Source: Candidatus Bathyarchaeota archaeon
GTDB taxonomy: Archaea > Thermoproteota > Bathyarchaeia > 40CM-2-53-6
Assembly (NCBI GenBank): GCA_963833125.1
Contig: CAWHWX010000016.1
Coordinates: 32,001 to 96,000, forward strand
Length of the DNA stretch: 64,000 bases
Direction: 5' to 3'
The translations under genes were made by a program, and so were the position numbers. A model generated the notes under the pieces. That model had not been told where the DNA came from and did not search any database. It was given only the letters and a program-made list of their open reading frames with translations. Within the stretch, counting starts at the first letter, position 1, and the number at the start of each line of letters is the position of its first letter. This document shows, piece by piece, positions 43,998 to 54,486 of this stretch.

Positions 43998-44324
43998 TCA
44001 CATTGAGTAGTCACATTTTGTGACCACCCTCTGTCATTACGGAACGTGCCCTGCCCTTTAATGGACGAAAACCTTAGGAATCATCTGTGATTGAAATGTT
44101 CCGAACTAAGATATTCGATTGGACAAGAACTCTATGCTACGTTTCGAACGCATGGAATCAAGTCAAAGCACATAACATATACGCCCAACACGCGAAACCC
44201 GCAAGACTCCTTGAGCGCAAGGACCGGGAAGCTCTAAGCCGAATTGAATTTAGCCGCGAAATGGCTATTGCGTACGCACCAAGAATGCAGCAAGCAATTC
44301 ACTAAGGATAAGGAGAATCGAACC

Positions 44325-45551
44325 ACGCCTGATGTCGCAGTCGCCCGAGGGTCAAAGTCGACGCTGAGTCACGTCGATGGTGACCTGGAAGTCGAGAGGA
44401 ATGTCATAGTCTACCGCGGAAGACAAGCTCGTAACCGTAGACGGGCGCGTGGAAACCGAAGGGCCTGTAATCTTCGAGGGCGGACTCAAGGCGTCAGAAC
44501 TAGAGGGCCGCGACGGCGATCTCGATATACGCGGAGACCTAGAGATTCTAGACGGCATCACCATCTCGGACGGCAGCCTACACGTATCTGGATCGCTCTC
44601 AGCGGTAGATGTTGACATCGACCGACACCTTGAGGTGCTCGGGAGCTTAACGGCAGCCCAACTTGAGGCAGGGAGCCGAATTGCAATTCACGGCCAACTA
44701 AAGGCCGAATCTGTCGAGGTAGGTGGATCTTTGGAAGCGTCGGAAGGTGCGGATGTCGATGAAATAGAAGCCGGAGGATCCGTTCGGATTGCAAAGCAAG
44801 TAAACGCCAAATCTATCGACGTTGGTGGCTCGGTCGTCGTCGGCGGGGGTAATGTCACCGAGGACATAGACGTTGGGGGAACCTTCGAATCCACGGGACC
44901 ACTCGAATTCAACGAGATAGATGTAGGTGGGTCGGTTCGGCTGAAAGGAAACGCTTCCGGAAGAAGGATAGACGTTGGTGGCGTTTTCGATGTCTCAGGC
45001 AATTTGAGGTTTGAAGAGATTGACGTTGGCGGTAAGGTTGACATCGAAGGCGATGGCGAGGGCGAAGACATTGATGTTGGCGGCGTCCTCCAAGTAAGCG
45101 GCAATCTAAACTTAACCGGCGGCTTTGGAGGTCGGAGGAAAGTGCAGAATCGACAAGGTTCTGACTGCTGATCGGATAGAAATTGGCGGGTCCCTTGACG
45201 CAGACACAGTGAAGGTCAAAGACATTGAGATCGGCGGCGCCATCTCAACCAAGAATGGAGTAAAGGCAGATTCGATAGTCATTGGTGATCGAGGTCGGGT
45301 TAGAGGGCCACTCGTCGCTGACGATATTAGGATAGGCGAAAGAGCGGACGTTGAGGCTGTCTACGGAAAAACCATAACGTTGGAGGAAAGAAGCAGAGCC
45401 ACTCTAGTTCATGGTGTCGACGTTCGAATCGAACCTGGCTGCAGAATCTTGGGGGAAGTACTGTACTCAGGGCTCCCTAGACGCAGAGGAAGGCGTACTG
45501 TTTACAGTCCAACCTAAGAAAGTAGACTCGTTACCGAAAGAATCGGCATGA
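44325..45551 (+). CDS. Polymer-forming cytoskeletal (bactofilin-like beta-solenoid) protein; several frameshifts
   Basis: Many ~17-aa repeats (I/V)(D/E)VGG.(V/F)...G across ORFs 44244, 44449 and 45125; start uncertain. Confidence 0.75.
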
Positions 45552-45555
45552 CTGC

Positions 45556-46212
45556 TCAGCCACTTGGTTGAGCCTGGCCGTCTTTCTTATTCTGCTCTAC
45601 GACAGGCGCCGTGGGTTTTGGCGGTTCCTGCGTTTTCGCCTCTTGTGGGGGCTGAGCTGGCGAAGGCTGCGTTGAAGAAGTCGGTTTCACCGTGTCCGGA
45701 GCCGGAGACGCCACCGGCCGCGGTGCCGTAGGACTTGGCTTGACGGCCGCAGGAACAGCTGGCTTGGCTGGCGTGACAGGTTTTGGTGGTGGGACAGGGG
45801 GTGTGTATTTCAGTCCAAGGTATTCGTAGAGGATTTGAATGCCCTCTTCTTGCGTTGACATGAATATCTGGTAAGGGCCGTGTAAGTCGGTTGCGATCTT
45901 TGCGATTCCGTCTGGCTCAAGCCCAAAGAATGCTGTGAACTTCGTCCAACCACTGATCTTCTTGGTAATGATGTGGCTGACACCGTCCCACAGGATCTCC
46001 GCTATCGGTCGCGGTAACTTCGAGGGGAGGCTTGCGAAGCTTACCATGACGAACCCGTGCTTCTTCGCAACGTCCCCGAATTTTCCGAAATCCAACTTGC
46101 GGTTGAATCTGACCCAAAACTGATCGCCCGTAGGGTAGGGGACATGTTCGACCTTTTCGATGCCCTCAACGAACCTTAGTTCGACCACTCTGCGTTGAAG
46201 GTCATCTACCAA
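45556..46212 (-). CDS. Hypothetical protein with a Pro/Ala-rich tail
   Basis: 218-aa ORF. Confidence 0.75.
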   Translation of the reverse strand: MVDDLQRRVVELRFVEGIEKVEHVPYPTGDQFWVRFNRKLDFGKFGDVAKKHGFVMVSFASLPSKLPRPIAEILWDGVSHIITKKISGWTKFTAFFGLEPDGIAKIATDLHGPYQIFMSTQEEGIQILYEYLGLKYTPPVPPPKPVTPAKPAVPAAVKPSPTAPRPVASPAPDTVKPTSSTQPSPAQPPQEAKTQEPPKPTAPVVEQNKKDGQAQPSG

Positions 46213-46338
46213 TCGTGTTTCGCCTCGATTTTGTCGAGGCTGAGCGAGCTAGGCTTTAAAAACGGAGCGCTCCGCAAAAATATCGTCTTCGGTTTAGCGT
46301 CGAGTGCCGAATCCTGTGTATTCGGAACGCGTTTCTAC

Positions 46339-49194
46339 CTAGGGCCTGTCCCAGAACTGTCGAGTCGTAATGAACTTCAATTTCGCTTGAAGGAGGTCCT
46401 TGTAGAAAGACTTCTCATCGTCGTGCATTCTGGCTAGGATTCGACTAGCTGTTTGTGGTCCGATTCCGTAGACGCACTGTGCGACGATTGCTCGTCGCCC
46501 ATAAGACAGAACGAGGTCGGCAGACCGGCGAGCCCTCGACAGAGACTCTCGCTCATCATCCTCGAGAGGTTCGGCTTTGCGTTTCTTCTCCAGGATTCTT
46601 GAGAGGTAGTCTGAAGACCATGTTGAAACTGCCAGAAGCGCTGAGCCGCACGACTTACACTGAGGCTTCGCTGAAAGGTTCTTGACGGTTTCTGCCTGGT
46701 TGATTTCGCCGCATTCAAAGCATAGTAAGTCCACGGTCATATTATCGAGACTGAACCGTAACCTTTCGATAGTATCTCTCTCAACCGTCTCAGGCGCTAT
46801 TAATTCCGGGACGTCGATGTGCTTGTTGAGTAGGTGGAATGCGAGGGGAGTGGGCCTGTCTTGGGATTTGAAAACAGCAACCTCCATACCCCCGTTCCGG
46901 ATCTGTCTGTAAATCTCCCTGACTCGTGGAAAATCAACATGAAGCATTAGCGCTTCGCGAATTGTTTCATCGTATATCGGTGTCATCCTGAACCGAAGGC
47001 CGAGTTCCCTCAAATTGTCTCCCGAAAACATTAGGCCGCGCCGAAGAGCACCGAAACGCTCGGCGATAAATTTCATGTAGTATCCGAAAGGGAAGTGCCT
47101 GTGTAGTACGCCTTTGAATATGCCTTCAAGCGTCCCGGGGTCGACGTCGAACAGTTTCGACCGCATTTCTTCTAACGAGATGTCTTGAGTCGTGGTGGTT
47201 AGTTCTAGAAGGATGCGATACCCGTCCGCCCACCATTGTCTAACCAACCCATCTCTTGAGAGCAGCTCTTCATACAGTTCACCGAGGGTGTTATTCACGG
47301 TCTCTCCGAAAGCGGAGTGGATTATCAAGAACCGGTCAAACGCTTCTAGCACCAAGCGCCTATCGGTGGGAACAGGTGACCCCGTCTCTCGGTGGTCGTG
47401 AAGCTCCTCCACGACCTTGCGTACTGCGAAACGTTCAGTAGGCCAACTCTCTGCGACATATTCCACAGAGCCGCTAACGCCATTCTTGTCTAGCACGTCT
47501 GAAATCTGAGATCTGAGTTGGCCAACTCTCTGTGCCAACTCGAATGGGATTGGAAGCATCTCCCCGTCCCACCCAGGAACGGCCGCGGTCGGGTCTTCTA
47601 CCGGTGTAACGTAGACCTTCGCGTCGTCGGATATCTGTTCGATTTGCCAAACCTTGCCTTTCACGATGAAATGTAAGCCCAGCCTAGCCTTGGTCATCAT
47701 GAATTCTTCGCCGAGGATACCTACCGATTGGTGAGTCGAAACATCAATGACCTGATACCGTCGTTCGTCGGGAATCATTGAGAGGTTCTCGAAGTAATAC
47801 TGACGAATTCGACCACCCCGTCGGAGTACGCCGTCATCGTGGTATATGTAACGCATCTTCTCCATGAACGCAACTACCCTCTCGAATTCCTCCTCAGTCA
47901 GCTCTCGGTAAGGATAGGCACGACGAATCAACGCAAGTGCTTCGTCTACTCTGATCTCCCCCTCTGACTCCAAAATTATTCCTGCAATTTGATGGGCTAG
48001 CACATCCAACGCTTTCTCATGGATCGCAATGGGCTCAACAGATTTTTCCATTGCTTTCTGAATAGCCGCTACTGATTCGAGAATGTCTTCAGTTGACACA
48101 GCCATGATTTCGCCTTCGGAGACACGGTCGAGGCTGTGGCCTGAACGGCCCACACGTTGAATGAGTGAGGAGACTTGCCTGGGCGACATGTACTGAATGG
48201 TCAAATCGACGTTTCCAATGTCGATGCCGAGTTCTAGGGTGGAGGTACACACCAGAGCCTTGATTTTTCCGTTCTTGAACTCATTCTCAACGCGTATTCG
48301 TTCCTCCTTCGGAAGAGAGCCGTGATGCACGCCCACGTTGCGCTTCAACTGATGAAATTTTGAACCAAGAGTTTCAGCATTAGTGCGGCTATTAACAAAA
48401 ATCAATGTAGAGTCGTGATTCTCAACCAGTTCCCAGATCCTGTTCAAGCGGGCTGCAGCTTCCGGCGCCGTGTACAGGCTCTGAGCTACGATGTTGTCCT
48501 CATCAGTGGGATGAGGAAACTCAACGAAATACTTCGCTTCCTTAGGCGGAAGAACCTGAATAACCTCACACGGCCTTTCGCCGGAGACAAATCCGGCAAC
48601 TTGTTCGGGGTTTCCAATCGTAGCCGAAAGGCCAATTCTTTGGAAATCTCTGCCGGTAACTTTTCTAAGCCTCTCCAAACCGACGGTTAACTGTACACCA
48701 CGCCTTTCCCCGGCCAATTCATGAACTTCATCAATAATGACCCAACGCACGTGACTCAAATGCGATCGCATCCTTTTTCCAGGCAAGATGGCTTGCAGGG
48801 TTTCGGGTGTAGTGACTAGGAAGTCCGGTGGTTTGAGCGATTGTCTTCGTCTGTCCTTCTGAGGAGTATCTCCGTGACGGATCTCGACTGTGAACCCAAG
48901 CTTAGAATGCCAATAATCTAATCTCTTGAGTAGGTCGCGGTTCAGCGCTCTTAAGGGGGTGATGTAGATGATCGAGATTCCCTGTCGCTTTTCCAATTTC
49001 GTAAGCTGGTCGAGAATAGGTAGCAGAACTGCTTCCGTCTTGCCAGATCCGGTGGGCGCTATGAGTAGGATGTTGCCTCCTGCCATTATCTTGGGAATGG
49101 CGATCGTCTGAGGAGGGGTAGGGGTTCGGATTCCGGACTCGGCGAGTGCAAGCCGAATCGGCTCTGAAAGGCTCTGGAAGACCTGTTGAGACAT
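46339..49194 (-). CDS. lhr: Archaeal Lhr-like ATP-dependent SF2 helicase
   Basis: APTGSGKTEA, TPLRALNRD, RHGDT, DEVHE, LSAT, HHGSL, LELGID, QRVGRSGH; C-terminal CxxC...CxxC. Confidence 0.93.
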   Translation of the reverse strand: MSQQVFQSLSEPIRLALAESGIRTPTPPQTIAIPKIMAGGNILLIAPTGSGKTEAVLLPILDQLTKLEKRQGISIIYITPLRALNRDLLKRLDYWHSKLGFTVEIRHGDTPQKDRRRQSLKPPDFLVTTPETLQAILPGKRMRSHLSHVRWVIIDEVHELAGERRGVQLTVGLERLRKVTGRDFQRIGLSATIGNPEQVAGFVSGERPCEVIQVLPPKEAKYFVEFPHPTDEDNIVAQSLYTAPEAAARLNRIWELVENHDSTLIFVNSRTNAETLGSKFHQLKRNVGVHHGSLPKEERIRVENEFKNGKIKALVCTSTLELGIDIGNVDLTIQYMSPRQVSSLIQRVGRSGHSLDRVSEGEIMAVSTEDILESVAAIQKAMEKSVEPIAIHEKALDVLAHQIAGIILESEGEIRVDEALALIRRAYPYRELTEEEFERVVAFMEKMRYIYHDDGVLRRGGRIRQYYFENLSMIPDERRYQVIDVSTHQSVGILGEEFMMTKARLGLHFIVKGKVWQIEQISDDAKVYVTPVEDPTAAVPGWDGEMLPIPFELAQRVGQLRSQISDVLDKNGVSGSVEYVAESWPTERFAVRKVVEELHDHRETGSPVPTDRRLVLEAFDRFLIIHSAFGETVNNTLGELYEELLSRDGLVRQWWADGYRILLELTTTTQDISLEEMRSKLFDVDPGTLEGIFKGVLHRHFPFGYYMKFIAERFGALRRGLMFSGDNLRELGLRFRMTPIYDETIREALMLHVDFPRVREIYRQIRNGGMEVAVFKSQDRPTPLAFHLLNKHIDVPELIAPETVERDTIERLRFSLDNMTVDLLCFECGEINQAETVKNLSAKPQCKSCGSALLAVSTWSSDYLSRILEKKRKAEPLEDDERESLSRARRSADLVLSYGRRAIVAQCVYGIGPQTASRILARMHDDEKSFYKDLLQAKLKFITTRQFWDRP

Positions 49195-49354
49195 CCTCTA
49201 GCCTCTCGAAACATCCCCTACAAGATAGAGTGGAGAAATGGCATTCAAAAGGATTGGAGATCTTAGCGTCACGATGAGGGTTGTGCACAATGGAGTGCTT
49301 GGAGAGGTATCGTTTTTAAACGAAATTCGCGTCTAGTATTCACTAGATTCGAGT

Positions 49355-50011
49355 ATGTATGAGTACAAAGGCGTTAAGATCACCTGGTTAGGGCATGACG
49401 GGTTCCGAATTCAAAACGGTCAAACGATCTACGTTGACCCGTTTAAGATCGAAGGCGGTGGCAAGAAGGCTGACGTTGTTCTCATTAGTCATGAACATTT
49501 CGACCACCTTAGCCCTGACGATTTGACGAAGATCGTAGGGCCTAACACGACTGTCATTGCTCATCACCAATCGAAAGACGAACTTTCAAAACTGAAACCT
49601 AAGGAGATCAAGATCATGAAACCGGGCGACAAAATCAAAGTCGGCGCGCTTGAAGTTGAAGCTGTCCCGGCATACAACGTCAACAAATTCAGAGAGCCAG
49701 GTAAGGTATTCCACCCCAAGGAGGATGGGAAGTTGGGTTTCGTGTTGACCGTGAACGGGATCCGCATCTACCATGCAGGCGATAGTGATCATATTCCCGA
49801 AATGAAAGCAACACGCGCCGAGATTGCTCTTCTTCCAGTGTCCGGCACATACGTAATGACCGTTCAGGAGGCAGCTGAGGCTACGAACGCAATCAACCCG
49901 AAAGTAGTAATCCCGATGCATTACGGTGCAATTGTTGGCGAACGTAAGGACGCAGAGGCTCTGCAAAAACTCGTAAAATGCGAAGTCAAGATCCTCGAGA
50001 GAGAAAACTAA
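49355..50011 (+). CDS. MBL-fold metallohydrolase
   Basis: WLGHDGF, SHEHFDH, YHAGD, IPMHY. Confidence 0.9.
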   Translation: MYEYKGVKITWLGHDGFRIQNGQTIYVDPFKIEGGGKKADVVLISHEHFDHLSPDDLTKIVGPNTTVIAHHQSKDELSKLKPKEIKIMKPGDKIKVGALEVEAVPAYNVNKFREPGKVFHPKEDGKLGFVLTVNGIRIYHAGDSDHIPEMKATRAEIALLPVSGTYVMTVQEAAEATNAINPKVVIPMHYGAIVGERKDAEALQKLVKCEVKILEREN

Positions 50012-50035
50012 CTCCTAGTTTGCAAGGTCCAGCGC

Positions 50036-50602
50036 ATGGATCTTCTGAATTCCGCAATCGGATCCGAACTCAAAGCAGATTACCACACGGCCATTGCGTC
50101 CTACACAAAACTCGCCCAACAAGGTTCTAGTCTAGACCGTGTCGGGATCCATCAGGCAATAGCAAGGTGCTACGAGAAACGCGGTTCAATGAACAAAGCT
50201 GCACAGTGGCACGAGAAAGCTGGGCAGGGCTACATGAGGCTCCCGGGTAGACTCATGGGGCCATCGGAAAGGGCGTACTACAGCATGGTTGAATTTCGCT
50301 GCGCGATACAAGACTACGCACCCAGCATGGCGATGCGAAGGGCGGCGAGGAGCTACCTAAACGCGCTGGGCATCTGCCTGAGGGCGGGTAAGGAAGGCTA
50401 CAGCCACGAGATGCTCTTCGCTGCGCACCTCTGCGCCAAAATTCGAGATTTCACTCGAGCTGCACAGTTTTTCGCAGATACGGCGGAGCAATTCAAAAAG
50501 GAGAAACTTCCGAAACTCGCCAAAGATGCGACCGAATTGGCCTCAAAATACTATGAACGGTCAGGCAACTTTAGGACTGCACGCAAGCTACGCAACGCAT
50601 AG
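50036..50602 (+). CDS. Helical-repeat (TPR/SNAP-like) hypothetical protein
   Basis: ARCYEK.G...KAAQWHEKAG and AAQFFADTA, ASKYYE repeats. Confidence 0.65.
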   Translation: MDLLNSAIGSELKADYHTAIASYTKLAQQGSSLDRVGIHQAIARCYEKRGSMNKAAQWHEKAGQGYMRLPGRLMGPSERAYYSMVEFRCAIQDYAPSMAMRRAARSYLNALGICLRAGKEGYSHEMLFAAHLCAKIRDFTRAAQFFADTAEQFKKEKLPKLAKDATELASKYYERSGNFRTARKLRNA

Positions 50603-50623
50603 CTCTAAATCCGCTGCGGACTC

Positions 50624-51442
50624 CTATCTTTCCGGAACCGGTTTCTCAGCAGGCCCGGTGTACACAATCTCGTTCCATTTCGCAGATTTGTACGGTTTGT
50701 CGAAGTACATCTGCTCGTAAGCGTGAGCTACCAAGCCGGGAGTGCGGCTCACGATGAAGAATCCCTTCCCCAATCGCCAGTCAAAGCCCATGTCTGAAAT
50801 TATCGCAGCTATGCAACCGTCCACGTTCAAGATCAGGTGTTTGTGAAAGAATTTCTCAGTTAATGATTCGATGATCTCAGCAAGTTCGACATGGGGACCG
50901 CGCAGTCGAGTCTGCTCTGCAATTTCAAGAAGCTTCATCGTGCGAGGGTCCTTAGTGTGAGTGGGATGGCCGTAACCGGGCACCTTCTCCTTACGCTCAC
51001 TGTATCCTTGCAGGATAGCTTCAGCAGTGGCACGTAGCGAACGTTCGATCTCTTTCGAACTTGAAACTCCTTCCTGAAGAAGTTTTGACGCTTGCTCAAT
51101 TGCCCCTCCGTGCCAGTCACCAATCGCCGAAACCCCCGCGGCAACGGCTGACTGCAATGGGACCCCACACGAGGCCACAAATCGGGTAGCGTCCACAGAC
51201 GGAGCGTTGAGGCTATGTTCCAGGCAGACGGTTAAGAGTGCGTCCATCATGCGGGATTGCTCCTCGGTCGGGAGTTGTCCACGCCAAAGCAGGTAAGTTA
51301 AACCTGCGTAGCTGTATTTGCCGATCAAGTCCATTAGGTTGTAACCTCGAACTACAATCTTGTTCGGTTCGACTTTCGAGATGCCTGTTTTCCAAAATGG
51401 TTCCGACAAAATTCTTCCCTTATAATCGAAATGGCGCTCCAA
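50624..51442 (-). CDS. Citryl-CoA lyase / citrate synthase family protein
   Basis: WKTGIS...RGY, EHS, HGGAIE, PGYGHP...DPR, NVDG, RTPGLVAH. Confidence 0.88.
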   Translation of the reverse strand: MERHFDYKGRILSEPFWKTGISKVEPNKIVVRGYNLMDLIGKYSYAGLTYLLWRGQLPTEEQSRMMDALLTVCLEHSLNAPSVDATRFVASCGVPLQSAVAAGVSAIGDWHGGAIEQASKLLQEGVSSSKEIERSLRATAEAILQGYSERKEKVPGYGHPTHTKDPRTMKLLEIAEQTRLRGPHVELAEIIESLTEKFFHKHLILNVDGCIAAIISDMGFDWRLGKGFFIVSRTPGLVAHAYEQMYFDKPYKSAKWNEIVYTGPAEKPVPER

Positions 51443-51527
51443 ATTTGCGTCGATTGATCTATGCTTTATGAAAGATGGATCATTGACGTTATAGCCTCTT
51501 TTGTTCTATGTAACTTGAGCATGTATC

Positions 51528-51812
51528 ATGTTACCCAGTCTATTCTTGAAATTCGTTGGGGGTTGCTTACTGATTTTCGGTGTCTACGACACAAACGTCT
51601 ACTGGTATGCTCTAGCGAAGGGTGAGGGAACGTTTGATTTCTTTGGAAGAAACCTTCCTGCAACGCACCGTATTGTCAGAGCAGGATTCAGTTTGGTGCT
51701 GAGTATTCTATTATATCGTGGGACTGGTTCTGCTGATTTTCGGTTGATTGAATTACACTTTGGAAAACTTCGGCGTGTATTGGAACGTTCCATCAGACAG
51801 CTGCGTTTTTGA
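51528..51812 (+). CDS. Small membrane protein (3' end uncertain)
   Basis: Hydrophobic 94-aa ORF in the gap; overlaps the thyX 3' end. Confidence 0.4.
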   Translation: MLPSLFLKFVGGCLLIFGVYDTNVYWYALAKGEGTFDFFGRNLPATHRIVRAGFSLVLSILLYRGTGSADFRLIELHFGKLRRVLERSIRQLRF

Positions 51813-52538
51813 AAAGTCGGCATAGAGGATTGGATAGTCCCGTATGCAAATTTCCGCGACTTGGCCGAATACCTTGCGAATTTCGACCTCCGCGCTTGGG
51901 TCAGTGCGCATTTCAATAACCCAACGCAGTGTTCGATGGTTGGCGGTCCAAATCATATTCGTTGCGATCCCGTCGGGGAGAATCCTGCGCAAAGCGGAGG
52001 TAACGCGTTTCTTTTGTTCAAATGGCATCTTGTCCCAGTCGAATTTCGATTCGAGATCATGATATTGCGTTTCAATCTCCTTAACGGCATCTTGGAACTC
52101 CTTCGAGACTGATTCCAGGTCCGGAGGTAACCACAGCGAAATGTCACGGGGACGAACATACCTCAAACTCTCCTGGCTAATCGCTGTTCCTGCCCGGTGT
52201 CGAACAACTTCATGGGTAAACACCCGACTTACATTTAGAAACGCGAAGGTAACCGTCGCATGCTCCAATATGCTTCCATCCCCCTTCTCGAGCACATTTT
52301 TCAAATAGGCACGGGAGTCCTCGCGAATCTTAGTCACATTAGGGTTCAGTCCAACACCGTACGATTTGTAGCACGCCCTGCCCGAGAGTTCGATTAAGAA
52401 TTCGGTATCATTACCCTGTGTTGGCCGCACTCTTTCGAACCAGTCAGTGGCGTTATAGCTTTCTATAAGCTTCTGGACGCCTTCTAAGTCCAGCTTGGTC
52501 TCTGCGAGTTTTACAACGACAGGTTCTATCTTGGTCAT
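51753..52538 (-). CDS. thyX: FAD-dependent thymidylate synthase
   Basis: SILEH, VSRVFTHEVVRHR...SQESLRYV, EIR. Confidence 0.95.
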   Translation of the reverse strand: MTKIEPVVVKLAETKLDLEGVQKLIESYNATDWFERVRPTQGNDTEFLIELSGRACYKSYGVGLNPNVTKIREDSRAYLKNVLEKGDGSILEHATVTFAFLNVSRVFTHEVVRHRAGTAISQESLRYVRPRDISLWLPPDLESVSKEFQDAVKEIETQYHDLESKFDWDKMPFEQKKRVTSALRRILPDGIATNMIWTANHRTLRWVIEMRTDPSAEVEIRKVFGQVAEICIRDYPILYADFSKTQLSDGTFQYTPKFSKV

Positions 52539-52695
52539 TTGTTCCCCAAATGGTTTCTGAGGTAAACTATCTAAGCGTTGGCTGTGGGGCCTTTCCTCCA
52601 TTTCTTTGCGCACTCATCGAATGTGTGACTTGATGGGAATAAGGCTAAATTGCGGCGGCCGCAGTGGGCGAGATTAGAAAGGTGCTCCTCAGAGT

Positions 52696-53025
52696 TTGTC
52701 TTGGACTGAAGAACGGAACAAGGCTCTGGACGAGATTAAGAAGCTTGAGCCGGCGGATCGGCTTGCCCTGTATGCGTCTTTGATTCGCATGAATTCCGCT
52801 CTGTTCGAGAGTGTGCGCGGTTGGGACAGTTGGCTAAGGAATCCATCATTCATCGATACTTTCACTCAAGATGAGTTGAAGGAGATCTTCAAGCAATTCA
52901 AGGATGTTTGCGTTCGTTTTCTAGAAGAGGATGTTCGTTGGACCGGGAAGAAGGAGAAGAATCTACCTGTTGGATCGAAGACAGCCAAGGGTGAACGCGC
53001 CGAAGCCGAGAGACGATACGCATAA
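52696..53025 (+). CDS. DUF2153-like archaeal protein
   Basis: DRLALY...SVRGWDSWLRNP..IDTFTQDEL. Confidence 0.7.
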   Translation: MSWTEERNKALDEIKKLEPADRLALYASLIRMNSALFESVRGWDSWLRNPSFIDTFTQDELKEIFKQFKDVCVRFLEEDVRWTGKKEKNLPVGSKTAKGERAEAERRYA

Positions 53026-53065
53026 ATCACACAGCCTCGGACCGCAGTTTTGGAAGCCTCAACCG

Positions 53066-53530
53066 ATGAGTATTGCCCCCTTTGTTCAAACACCGCTCGA
53101 AGTAGCTAAGAAGATGCTCGAACTGTCCCAGGTCAAGGCTGGAGAAAACCTATACGATCTAGGGTGCGGCGACGGTCGGCTGATCATACTTGCTGGGAAG
53201 GATGCGGGCGCGAAGGCAACGGGAGTTGAGTTGAGGGAAGATCTCGTGGAGCGGGCGCGAACGGAGATCAAGCGCCTTAATGTGGAAGACAAAGTGAGGG
53301 TGATTCAAGGGAACTTCTTCGATGTCAACATATCCGACGCAGACGTCGTTACGCTTTACCTCACCTCAAGTGCAAACGACCGACTTAGGCCGAAGCTTGA
53401 ATCGGAACTGAAACAAGGGGCCCGCGTCGTATCGCATGATTTCAAAGTCCCCGGCTGGAAACCAAGCTCAGTCTATGACGAACTCCTGGGCCATACAATC
53501 TACACTTATCGAATCGGGCAACAACTCTAA
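53066..53530 (+). CDS. Class I SAM-dependent methyltransferase
   Basis: APFVQTP, YDLGCGDGR, ADVVTLYL, GARVVSHDF. Confidence 0.9.
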   Translation: MSIAPFVQTPLEVAKKMLELSQVKAGENLYDLGCGDGRLIILAGKDAGAKATGVELREDLVERARTEIKRLNVEDKVRVIQGNFFDVNISDADVVTLYLTSSANDRLRPKLESELKQGARVVSHDFKVPGWKPSSVYDELLGHTIYTYRIGQQL

Positions 53531-53550
53531 CCTCCAGGCGTCGCTCGCAA

Positions 53551-54447
53551 ATGCGGCGCCTAACTTCTCGAATGGAACAGGGCAATAACACAGCGATAGC
53601 ACTACTCGTTATCACCACCATTCTCTGGGGCAGCTCCTTTGTTGCGATAAAGATCGGCCTTACTTTTATCGACCCGTTCGATTTCGCATTCCTGAGACTA
53701 CTCATAGCCGCGGGAACATTGTTAGCTGTTCTCATAATGCGAGGCAGATTCAGATCGAGCGCTTTGAAAGAACCCGCAGTTTGGGCACTCGGCTTGATAA
53801 GTGGAACGGGATATGTGTTTCAGTTTCTTGGACTTGAATACACAACCGCTGCAAAAACCGCCTTACTCATCGACTTGAACGTGATCGTAGTAGCCCTCCT
53901 AAGTTGGAGGATTTTTGCCGAACCATTTGGGTTACGAAAGCAACTTGCAGTAGTTTTGGGGGTTGTTGGGGCCGTACTGATTACTACCAACGGTGATTTA
54001 TCAGGTCTGGCACGGGGGGAGCTAAAGGGAGATTTCTTCGCTCTCATTTCGGGCCTTATCTTCGCGTTGTTCATCGTGATTCACAAACGTCTACAGATGC
54101 AACGCGACAGGAACGTGATTGAGATGTCATCAGTCGTAATGCTCGCTACAGCCATCGTCCTATTTCCCACAGCGCTCTTCTTGGGAGGTCTGAACATACG
54201 AAATGTTCCCGTAGAAGGTTGGGCGTGGGTTGCGTTTACTTCAATCGTTTGCACCATCATACCCTACGCGTTATGGATCTTTGCGTTGAAGTCCGTTACT
54301 GCAACGATCGCGGGCGTGGTAGGGATGTTAGAGATAGTGGCGGCAATGGTGCTCTCGACCCTATTACTTGGCGAAAGCTATGCCACCGCAACACTTCTTG
54401 GCGCGATTCTAGTACTCATTTCTATCTTGGCTGTTGCTGAGGGATGA
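53551..54447 (+). CDS. DMT/EamA family transporter
   Basis: ILWGSSFVAIK, about 10 TM segments, duplicated halves. Confidence 0.9.
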   Translation: MRRLTSRMEQGNNTAIALLVITTILWGSSFVAIKIGLTFIDPFDFAFLRLLIAAGTLLAVLIMRGRFRSSALKEPAVWALGLISGTGYVFQFLGLEYTTAAKTALLIDLNVIVVALLSWRIFAEPFGLRKQLAVVLGVVGAVLITTNGDLSGLARGELKGDFFALISGLIFALFIVIHKRLQMQRDRNVIEMSSVVMLATAIVLFPTALFLGGLNIRNVPVEGWAWVAFTSIVCTIIPYALWIFALKSVTATIAGVVGMLEIVAAMVLSTLLLGESYATATLLGAILVLISILAVAEG

Positions 54448-54486
54448 AGAAGTGTTTTATAGCAACGGTCTTCGGTAAGCGTTGCG

